DNA of 64,000 nucleotides from Paraphysomonas bandaiensis (Eukaryota; Protista; Chrysophyceae): NCBI GenBank assembly GCA_965644295.1, contig CBFFRP010000406.1, positions 186,001 to 250,000 on the forward strand, written 5' to 3'. The notes under the pieces are model-generated. The model ran no database searches, was not told where the DNA came from, and saw only the letters and a program-made list of their open reading frames with translations. A program made the position numbers and the translations under genes. This document shows, piece by piece, positions 1 through 11,700 of the stretch; position 1 is the stretch's first letter; each line of letters opens with the position of its first letter.

Positions 1-58
1 AGAAGTGCGACCTTAGATTGCTTGTCTGTTTGTTGTAACATGGGTTTTCTGTCTGCAG

Positions 59-1714
59 GCTGGACGACGCAAAGAGGGCAGTCTCCGAGGAGGAGCAACA
101 TGCCATGAAAAAGGATGGCGGTCAGTGGATGGAGGATATCTTTCCCTGCCCCTGTTGTCGGTCTGCACTTGGCAACTGTCTTCCTCATAGTCCGGATATA
201 TTCCGTCGCTGTTTGCAGGCAGCAGTAGAACGTTGTACCCAGGCTGACGATGAAAACGAAGAAGTTATGCATTGCGGAAGCGTTCAACTAATGAGCCCTG
301 AACTACAGGAATTGGCGAAGGAAATTCAACGTAAGCAAGCAGAGATGCGGAGGTGCCTGAGTGGACATCACTCATGGAAAAGTGCTGGTGTGCGAAGATG
401 TGATACCTCTGATAATGCGGAAGAGTTGAGTACCTCTGAAGCTGCAGCTTCCATGAAAGAGAAGCAAAGTATGGCCAGAAGAAAGAGTTCGCCCAGTGTG
501 AAATCATCAAATCCTGCTTCATCTTCTGCTCCTGCTCGGCGTGTGAAGCGGTTGCAAGATAGAAAGTACTGTGGGCACTCCCAGCGGCATACCAGGCATA
601 CATATGATGATCCGGAGAGTGGAGCGGATGCTGACTTACAAGAGGCAATTCGGCTTTCTCTTCTTCATTCTGTGGGAGAAGAGCGGAATGTTGATGTTGT
701 GAAACAAGAAAAACAGCCTCATTCAGCAGCTGCGTCTGAATGTCGCAATGAAGCATGTGTTCCTGTTGATGAGTCAACATCACATGATTCTGACAATGGG
801 CGTGCAGATATGTGCGTCCTGTGCGATGATAGTTTCGATAGTAGTGATGTGCTTTTCGCTGTTGGACACTGTAATCATGCATGCGTATGTGGGGTAAGTA
901 GGACAAGATACTGTCATTGGGATATATTCCAATTATATGCATACAGGTATGCGCGCTTCGGAGTCGCTTGCTCTTGAAAAACTTCAATTGCCCCGTCTGT
1001 CGACAGCATTTAGATATTATTATATGCACGAACAACCTTTCCACTTCTTTCAGTGAAATGCTGGATAAGAAAAAGTGCGCTGGGAGTAAGCTCGTTTTGC
1101 ACTCCGCGGGGCAACTCTATGCACCTAAGGCATACATGAATCGAGTGCTAAATAGGCTACAGGAGTTTAGATGTAAAGCGTGTGGAAGGGTACGACATTC
1201 TTATTTGCTGTGATTTTCTGATGCCATGTGATATCTTCAGGTTTTTGGTCCTACAGACAGCCTGCGCACGATATCGAGACATCTATTTAAAGAACACGCT
1301 TTATATATATGTGAGATTTGTGTGGGTGCAACGAATTGCTTTCCAAGTGAAATGGCTGTATACACTGAGGAGCAACTCGCCGATCATAATCGCTCCGGGG
1401 ACAGTAGTACTGGTACTCGAGGACATCCCCGATGCCATCTTTGTTCGAAGTTATTTTTCGACGAGGATGCTCTCAATTCTCACCAAACAGATGTTCATCA
1501 TGTGTGCTTTGTGTGCCAAGCAATGGGTGATTCGAATTCGATGCTTTACAATAGTGCGAATGATTTACATAACCATTTCAAGCAAGCACATCATGTATGC
1601 AAGGTTTGCAAGAAACTCCGCGTTGTGTCTGTATTTAGCAGCGCAGCATCATTAGAGGATCATATGCAACGTACTCATCCCGTCACTAACAATATGATTT
1701 CGAGATATCGATAA
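59..1714 (+). CDS. ZNF598/Hel2-like RING + C2H2 zinc-finger E3 ligase (ribosome quality control), multi-exon, 5' part outside window
   Basis: Acceptor ctgcag ends at 58. UIM-like DADLQEAIRLSL. RING CVLC...CNHACVCG|VCALRSRLL...CPVC is joined across a gtaagt..acag intron (~894-947), with a second intron at ~1190-1220. Hel2-type GHPRCHLC..FFDEDAL..H and repeated C2H2 fingers follow. Confidence 0.8.
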
Positions 1715-2787
1715 TAATAATATACCTTACTAACTTATATAGCAGAGTGTAGGGGACATTGTAGAATAGATGGTGGCTTGTGGTACTTAGTTACGTCGTC
1801 CTTGGCAGTATCAGTGTACTTATAAGAGGGAGACATCGCAAATCGCAATACTTATTACATACTAGCGACAAACGTACCCAGTGAAGTGAGTCGAAGAACT
1901 ACATGTCAATAATATTGAATTGCTTTTTGTTGAAGTAGTTAGAGAAATGCATGGATACGTAGATTGTGAAAGCGATACATTGTAAGTCAGAGAATACGAA
2001 CGCACGCAACGACTATTGATAGAATCTCAAATCTCATCTAGAAGAAAGGAGAGGATGGAAATAGTACAAAAGAAATATATTGTTGAGGAAATGTGCTTTG
2101 TAGAATGATAGCTTGGTGGTGACTATCCTTCTCTTCTTCCGTTATCTGAGTGATTCAAGCACTTCATGGGTCTGATTAGCTTCTAAATCATTCCATATAT
2201 CGACCTCATCTGCATGAGTCACAACTATTGCACAAAATTAAATAAATGAAATTTACGCAGTAGAATTCAGATTGTTGACACCCATAGCATCTGCTTCTTG
2301 GAGTCTGATAATTGGTAGCTACAAGAGTGATTTTCTTGTTAGATTTAGATATCTAGTTCTCGCAACACACGGTACAGCTGGGATTCATGTCCTCATATCC
2401 AGCACATCCCAACGACAACAATGCAGCAACTCTATCCCGTTTTTCCCAATTCCAGTGTGCTGAATGCTTTTCAAAAATCTGTTGACGGGTTGACACCTAA
2501 CGGACATATGTAGAGTATGTGTACCGTATATTGCATATCCAATAAACAGGAGAGCGCAGTAGAGTACTGTATCAGGAGTACGCCTGTATACAGCAGAGTA
2601 CATCCACGTCCATGTTGGCACTGTTGCGTTTTTGTGCAGAGAGTTCCCAACAAAGATAGAAAAATACATAACGCCTTTACGAGCTGAAGCACTCCCGTGA
2701 ATTATCACAACCATAATCGGGTGTACAAGACGAAGATATCTGCATGATTTGAATTCATCTGTACTGATCATTTCATCTGGCCCTATA

Positions 2788-5700
2788 ATGCCAACACAAA
2801 AGCCGTCAAAGGATAGTGCTGGTGATGGCAGGGGAGTGGGTAGTTCCAGTCCGCCACGACAGCCCTTTACTGATGGAACTATTAAAATATTGTCCATATC
2901 ATGTCATGATATGAAGAATGTTGAAATGCAAGTTTCACAGTTATTTTCCCAAGACAAACCAGACCCATACTTGAAGCTTGCTATTGATACTTGGTATGAT
3001 GAAACCGAGGCGCTGATGGATGTGAATTCTAACTGTGGATGGGATGATTTGATATTTGCGATTCCTGTATCTTCTAATATCATAGAGGACGAATGCTTAC
3101 GAGTTGTAGCTATGGAATACAATAGCAGGAGTAGTCATAAGTATGTCAGCAAGGGTTCAGTGCCGCTAAATAGCTTGCTGGACACACTAGATAGCTCTCG
3201 GAGCACTGAGTTAATTGTTCGTCTGTCGGATGAAGAAGATGCATTTGCTGGTACAGTAGTAGTGCATGCCTTACTTGAAAGGAAGATCGACATCGCAAAA
3301 GGTGTGTCAGAAAAGCTGACCAAAGGAACTTTACAGGTGACAAGGGTGAGGGTGAGGAAGACCAAAAATGTGGACTCAAAAGAATGGAAACCACATGTAG
3401 TTTTGAAATACCAAAATCGTTCGATGTCAACTTCAGTCATCGACTGTGCAGCGGGGAACATAGCTTGTTGGAAGAATCTTTATTTCAAGGTAGATGATAT
3501 TACGACGGACATACTTGGAGCGGATTTGAATGTTGACATTTGGAATGGTAAATCATTGGTAGGTTCTGGGAGAACTTCATTGCTGGGGACCGGTTATACA
3601 TTGGGTGAAGAATTCGAATGTCGAATCAGTTTGACAGCTGATAATGGTGAAGTTGGGTATCAAATTGTTACTGATGTGATTCTGTTTGAGGGTAGAGATA
3701 TCACCGATGACGATTTGGACATGTCGAACATCTCGCTTCAACCGAGTTTTACTTCTGGGGTAGCACGTATTTCGAGTTTGAAGCTGTTCGACGTTGATAA
3801 TACAGAACAATCAAAGGTATTGTGTTGTGCTGTTTAATTATTATATTGTTAATACGTTGTTGTAGTTAAACGGCACTCTAACATATGGCGGGAATTCCAT
3901 ACCTATCAATTCTGCAGAAGTTACAGGGTCCATGGCTGTCTGGGACAACCTTAATGTGTTTTTCGATGTGAACAGACAAGTTATTGCATCGCAGCGACTT
4001 GAGCTGGCTCTTAGTAGTGCATCTAGTGGTGGTATTGTACCGGGCCTATTCGGAAAAAAAGAAGCGAAGCCATTTGGCAAAAATCAAAATGTATCCCTCG
4101 TCCGTGCAGTTCAACAATTTGGCGAAGAGGTTTTACTCAAGTTTCCTGTAATGGACTCTAAAGGGAAACTTGCTTGTCGTGCCTCGCTGATGTCGGAAGT
4201 TTGTGTTGGCAATGATGTGAGTGGCATCGAAGTTCCATCTGTATTTGATGGCGGCTGTCTTCGAGTTTTCAAAGTAGTTGTTTCTGGGGTGGAAAGTAAG
4301 AGCTCCGCCACTCTTCGCTTTGGAGAATCACAATGGACTTTGGATGAAAGTAATTCACTGGTTTGGGAACATTTAAATATAAGGTGTCAATTGACAAGAG
4401 ATGCCCTGCTGTCTGGTACTCTCGAACTTGAGCTAGGTACGATAGGTAAAGGCCGGGTTCCTATCATAAAATTGTGTCCTTCAATTGGAAATGGATGTCG
4501 CCTGCTACTTAATATATGCCGTAGAAATAATGATCCAGTAGGAACAGCTGTAGTCTTTGCCGCTGTTTTGCGGAATGAAGTGCCTAGAACTGTGCAACCA
4601 CCACAACTCGATAACTTTTTATGTGACGGGTTGTTAATTTCATGTGTGACCTCCAGGGGCTTCAAGGAGCAAGCCCAAGTTGAGTTCAAAATTGGCCCAG
4701 CAGTATCTGATAAATCGGTAACTGTCAGAAGGGACTCCGTAAGTGATAATACCAATATCATTATACCAATAAATTGTGATGAAATCATGTCAAACAAACT
4801 GCTTGATATTGTGGTTAGGGGAGAGGGTGGCTGGACTGGTGCGGGTAATACTTCTTTGCGGAGGTTAACAAGAAATGCAGGTACTGAGGACACACTATCT
4901 GTGGACGTATTTAAGAGCTCCAGTTGTGAACTCGTGGGGAGGATTGAAATTAGAGGTAAACTAAAAGAAGCACAATCTGAGCAAACACCATCTGTACCAG
5001 AGAAAGCAGAATCGGCAACCCAGAAAGATACATCGGTGCCAGAGAAAACAGAATCGGCACCACGGAAATCTAACTCGGTTCCAGAGAAGCAAAAATTGAC
5101 ACCAGAGAAAACTGAATCGGCAACACAGAAAGATAAATCAGTACCAGAGAAAACAGAATCGGCATCAGAGAAAGCTAAGCTGATACCTGTGAAAGAAAAA
5201 TTGGCAACAGAGAAAACTAAATCGGCATCACAAAAAGATAAATCTGAGCAGGATGAATCAGGAACTATGCACGAGAAGCGAGGTTTCTTGGACGGGTTTA
5301 CGAAAGGTATTCTTCGCATTTCACAGATTAAAGCCCGTGACTTAGAGAACTTGGAGTTGATGCCATGGGATAAGCAAGATCCATTTATCAAAGTTATTGC
5401 TGGGGAGGAATTTGAGGATGAAACTGCATACCAGAGCAATGCTGGGAAGGATGCTGATTGGAATGATCTGGATATGGTGATTCCAGTGGATGTAGAGTTT
5501 TTGAGATCAGGTAAAATAACCTTCGAGGCCTGGGAACATAATACAGCAAGAAGTCACTTGCAAATTGGATGTGGCCAGGTGTCTCTGGGGCATATATCGA
5601 AGATTGGCGAAGCGTTTACCGTTTCATGTCCTATTCTGAACGATAAAAAGAAGAAATCTGGGCGGATAGAGGCCGTGGTAACACTTGAGTACCCACCGAA

Positions 5701-8700
5701 TGAAGTATCGAATACAGAAAAAGCGCCAAAAACGAAGACTGACTCTGAAATGATAGATGCCTCGAATTCAGATCATGCGGCAAATAGGAAGAATGATTCC
5801 AAAGATAAAAACGTTTCTAATATAGGTGAAGCGCACAATACGAGGAATGTTTCCAACATAAAAGGTGTTTCGGAGGTTGGAAAGAAGAACGCGCAACTGC
5901 CCAAAGGGTTTACGAAAGGTATTCTTCGCATTTCACAGATTAAAGCCCGTGACTTAAAGAACTTGGAGTTGATGCCATGGGATAAGCAAGATCCATTTAT
6001 CAAAGTTATTGCTGGGGAGGAATTTGAGGATGAAACTGCATACCAGAGCAATGCTGGGAAGGATGCTGATTGGAATGATCTGGATATGGTGATTCCAGTG
6101 GATGTAGAGTTTTTGAGATCAGGTAAAATAACCTTCGAGGCCTGGGAACATAATACATCAAGGAGTCACTTGCAAATTGGATGTGGCCAGGTGTCTCTGG
6201 AGCATATATCGAAGATTGGCGAAGAGTTTACCGTTTCATGTCCTATTCTAAACGATAAAAAGAAGAAATCTGGGCGGATAGAGGCCGTGGTAACACTTGA
6301 GTACCCACCGAAAGATGAAACGCCAAGTACTAAGCATGAATCTAACATGAAAGGTGTTTCGAGTGTAGATAATACTTCGAGTGCGAAAACTTCTTCAAGT
6401 GCTGCAGAGGTGTCCACAGGGGCGGATGTTGGAAAGAATGGCGCGCAACTTCCCAAAGGGTTCACGAAAGGTATTCTTCGTATTTCACAGATTAAAGCCC
6501 GTGACTTAAAGAACTTGGAGTTAATGCCGTTGGATAAGCAAGATCCATTTATCAAAGTTATTGCTGGGGAGGAATTTGAGGATGAAACTGCATACCAGAG
6601 CAATGCTGGGAAGGATGCTGATTGGAATGATCTGGATATGGTGATTCCAGTGGATGTAGAGTTTTTGAGATCAGGTAAAATAACCTTCGAGGCCTGGGAA
6701 CATAATACATCAAGGAGTCACTTGCAAATTGGATGTGGCCAGGTGTCTCTGGGGCATATATCGAAGATTGGCGAAGCGTTTACCGTTTCATGTCCTATTC
6801 TAAACGATAAAAAGAAGAAATCTGGGCGGATAGAGGCCGTGGTAACACTTGAGTACCCACCGAAAGATGAAACGCCAAGTACTAAGCATGAATCTAACAT
6901 GAAAGGTGTTTCGAGTGTAGATAATACTTCGAGTGCGAAAACTTCTTCAAGTGCTGCAGAGGTGTCCACAGGGGCGGATGTTGGAAAGAATGGCGCGCAA
7001 CTTCCCAAAGGGTTCACGAAAGGTATTCTTCGTATTTCACAGATTAAAGCCCGTGACTTAAAGAACTTGGAGTTAATGCCGTTGGATAAGCAAGATCCAT
7101 TTATCAAAGTTATTGCTGGGGAGGAATTTGAGGATGAAACTGCATACCAGAGCAATGCTGGGAAGGATGCTGATTGGAATGATCTGGATATGGTGATTCC
7201 AGTGGATGTAGAGTTTTTGAGATCAGGTAAAATAACCTTCGAGGCCTGGGAACATAATACATCAAGGAGTCACTTGCAAATTGGATGTGGCCAGGTGTCT
7301 CTGGGGCATATATCGAAGATTGGCGAAGCGTTTACCGTTTCATGTCCTATTCTGAACGATAAAAAGAAGAAATCTGGGCGGATAGAGGCCGTGGTAACAC
7401 TTGAGTACCCACCGAAAGAAGATTCTACTGATGCGGAGGTTGGAAAGAATGGCGCGCAACTTCCCAACGGGTTTACGAAAGGTATTCTTCGTATTTCACA
7501 GCTTAAAGCCCGTGACTTAAAGAACTTGGAGTTGATGCCATTGGATAAGCAAGATCCATTTATCAAAGTTATTGCTGGGGAAGAATTTGAGGATGAAACT
7601 GCATACCAGAGCAATGCTGGGAAGGATGCTGATTGGAATGATCTGGATATGGTGATTCCAGTGGATGTAGAGTTTTTGAGATCAGGTAAAATAACCTTCG
7701 AGGCCTGGGAACATAATACATCAAGGAGTCACTTGCAAATTGGATGTGGCCAGGTGTCTCTGGGGCATATATCGAAGATTGGCGAAGCGTTTACCGTTTC
7801 ATGTCCTATTCTAAACGATAAAAAGAAGAAATCTGGGCGGATAGAGGCCGTGGTAACACTTGAGTACCCACCGAAAGAAGATTCTACTGATGCGGAGGTT
7901 GGAAAGAATGGCGCGCAACTTCCCAAAGGGTTCACGAAAGGTATTCTTCGCATTTCACAGATTAAAGCCCGTGACTTAAAGAACTTGGAGTTGATGCCAT
8001 TGGATAAACAAGATCCATTTATCAAAGTTATTGCTGGGGAAGAATTTGAGGATGAAACTGCATACCAGAGCAATGCTGGGAAGGATGCTGATTGGAATGA
8101 TCTGGATATGGTGATTCCAGTGGATGTAGAGTTTTTGAGATCAGGTAAAATAACCTTCGAGGCCTGGGAACATAATACATCAAGGAGTCACTTGCAAATT
8201 GGATGTGGCCAGGTGTCTCTGGGGCATATATCGAAGATTGGCGAGGAGTTTACCGTTTCATGTCCTATTCTAAACGATAAAAAGAAGAAATCTGGGCGGA
8301 TAGAGGCCGTGGTAACACTTGAGTACCCACCGAAAGAAGATTCTACTGATGCGGAGGTTGGAAAGAATGGCGCGCGACTTCCCAACGGGTTTACGAAAGG
8401 TATTCTTCGTATTTCACAGATTAAAGCCCGTGACTTAAAGAACTTGGAGTTGATGCCATTGGATAAGCAAGATCCATTTATCAAAGTTATTGCTGGCTTA
8501 GTATTTGAAGGCGAAACAAAGTACCAGAGCAATGCTGGGAAGGATGCTGATTGGAATGATCTGGATATGGTGATTCCAGTGGATGTAGAGTTTTTGAGAT
8601 CAGGTAAAATAACCTTCGAGGCCTGGGAACATAATACAGCAAGAAGTCACTTGCAAATTGGATGTGGCCAGGTGTCTCTGGGGCATATATCGAAGATTGG

Positions 8701-11700
8701 CGAGGAGTTTACCGTTTCATGTCCTATTCTAAACGATAAAAAGAAGAAATCTGGGCGGATAGAGGCCGTGGTAACACTTGAGTACCCACCGAAAGAAGTG
8801 TCTAGTGAGTTTGATGGTGGACTACTTCTAATTAATCGAATAACGGCTTTTGGTGTGTCAAAGTCAGTATCTCCTCGCGTCAAGCTTACTCTTGGCACCT
8901 GGGAAGTGAAAACGGATGCACCTAATATACAGGGAGAGAAAATGGTATGGGATAGCTTGAACTTCCGGCGTGAAATATCTGTTGATGATTTAAAAACAAG
9001 CAAAGTGCTTGTAGCTCTCTGTGAAGAAGGTGGAAATGGAAACGAAGAAATAGTAGGATCGGGAAAGGTAAAAGTTATTAGTGCTGGGGCGAAATTGAAC
9101 GATGAAACTGTGCTCTCGGTAGACATGGCTTCTGCAAACGGGAAGGCTGTAGGGCGCATTGAGTTATGTACAATGGTGAGAGACGGGTACGAGCCAGATG
9201 AAGACACGCTGCAGATTTCAAATGGATTTGAATTTGGAACGTTGTATTTCAAGCAGATAAAAAGCTTTGATCTGAAAAATACTGAGTTATTTGGGAAGCA
9301 AGATCCGTTTGTTGAGTTAAAAGTTGACGAGTGGAAGGGTAAGACGTATACAAAGCAGGAAGGTGGTGGGGATGTGGTTTGGAATTTCTTGGACTTACAC
9401 TGTGACGTAACTGCTGATACCCTACGCTCCAAAGATTTGGAAATCACTGTTTGGGACGAAAACAAAACTCGAAAAAATGCCTTGATTGGCAATGCATACT
9501 GTCGACTTATTAAGCCTGGTGCATTTGTTGGAGAAGAAGTTAAACTTGCTGTATCTTTAGCTGATGAGAAGGGAAAGTATTCTGGGAGATTAGAGATATA
9601 TGCTACTTTGGTTGATGAAGAGAAGGAGCAAGAAAGGAATATTCCAGAATCCTTTCGAATGGGTGAACTAAGAATAATGCGAATAAGTGCATATTCATTG
9701 AAGAAGACTGAATTATTCGGGGAGTCGGACCGCTTTGTTGAGTTGTCTCTTGAAGACACGGACCTTCATGAGCGGACAACAGTTTTGAAGAGTGCAGGAT
9801 CTGATCCGATATGGGACCATTTGGATTTTTACACCACAGTTAATGCAAGTATAGCCAAAGTAGGAAAAATTGAATTGAAGGTATGGGATCAAGGCCATAT
9901 ATACGGGAAAACCTACATAGGAGGGGGCTCTGTTGGGCTGCGCCGCTGTGCGGCATCTTTAGGAGATGATGTTGAATTAAGAGCGAAGTTATTTGACGAC
10001 GACGATCGAGAAGCTGGTCGGATTGTTTTACTAGCAAGTATGAAAGAGGTACCTCCCAGTGCTTCAGATAAGGAGATAAGTCTTCCGGAATCGTTTACGT
10101 CGGGTATTGTACATTTCAACAGTATTTCGGCGAAAGGGCTTAAAAACAAAGAAATAATTGGAAAGCAGGTATATGTTTAACAATAATCACACTATATTGT
10201 CAACACTTGTTTAGGACCCCTACGTGAAATTGGAGCTCGCATCTTGGACAGATAGGACAACAACCCTACAAAATTGCGGCTCGGCACCTGCGTGGCCATG
10301 CACAAAGCACTTATTCTGCGAAGTTGACCGACAAATCTTATCAGATTACAAATTGAGAATTACTGTGTATGATGAGAACGAAAATAGAGCCCATAGTGTT
10401 CTTGGCACAGGCAGTGTGTCTTTACGCCCTTTGGCGCCAAAAATCAACAGAGAAGTACATTTGCAAGTGAACCTGAGTGACAAAGGTGTTGCAAGTGGAT
10501 ATGTCATCATTGCTGCCACTCTTCGGGAAGCATTGGAGACGGAAATTAGTGACACTATTCCTGAATCTGCTGTGAGATTCGCTGTTGGCTCACTCACTGT
10601 TAAAAGCGTAGCTGCGAAAGGTATAATTGGCGGTGATAACTCTATATTCGATAGTAAACAGGTGTGAAATATATTTTTCGCTGTCTTTAATAATCTTGCT
10701 TTAAGGATCTCTACGTTGTATTGGAGTTAAATGAGTGGCAGTGGAGCACACCTTATCAGAATAATTCTGGGCCAAGTGCCTCATGGGACAATTTGGAAGG
10801 TGTTGTCACTGAAATCGATGGAGATGTTGCTAAATATCAGAGACTTGCTGTATCTGTTTGGGATAAAAATACTTGTGATGATGAATTAATTGGGAAAGGA
10901 GATGTAAGCTTGAGAAAAGCAGGTGCCATGGTTGATAAAGATGTCATGATGATGGTACCAATCACCAACAAGAACAGTGAGCGCTGCGGCGTCGTTGCAC
11001 TGGAATTACAAATTAATGAAAGCACCCTGAATAAAGTATACGAGGAAAATGACGGATCTTCGAAGAATGGAATTTTAGAGATTAATGAAATTCGAATTGA
11101 AAATTTGAAAAAGTCAGGTGTGTAATAATTTATAGCGCGTAAGTTATGATATAATGATGTTCGCTAAACACAGGATGGTTTGGTAAACAAGATGTGCTTG
11201 TAGCACTATCAATAGGAACTAACTGGACATATGAAACTGATATCAACACTACAAGTGGTACCAATGCGATATGGAACTGTGATATATCCCACGAAGTTGC
11301 TGTTTCTCAACTGAACAGGGATGCTATAGCTGTTGACGTGAGGGACAAAAGTAAAAGAAGTGTTGGTCGTGGATCCTTGACTGCACGTCCATTGCTGAGT
11401 AAAATGGACCAGTGGACAGTTATTCGGGGAGATCTATTCGTTGATAAGGAGCAATGTGGTCATATAGTGATGAACTGCCGCTTCTGCATTGGAGATTCTT
11501 CCGGGCAAGGAACAAGAATGGAGCGTGTTCGAGAGGATAAGGCTGATGTGGAAAATATCTTAAAGAAAAAACTCCAAGAGGTCTTCTTTCCGCGATGACA
11601 TTCTATTTTTAATATGCTTGTAGGAATTGGAATCTGAAAGGAGAAAAATGCTTGAGATGTTAACCAGTCATACCTCTACAGTAGGGAACATCGAAACAAG

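Noticed and set aside
5294-8795. CRISPR-like or satellite array
   Set aside because: Units are 459-612 bp in-frame coding repeats with no spacer structure, in a eukaryotic context.
4387-9759. Series of minus-strand ORFs starting MLWYAVSSSNSSPAITL
   Set aside because: Antisense shadows of the repeated C2 exon, with no independent coding signal.
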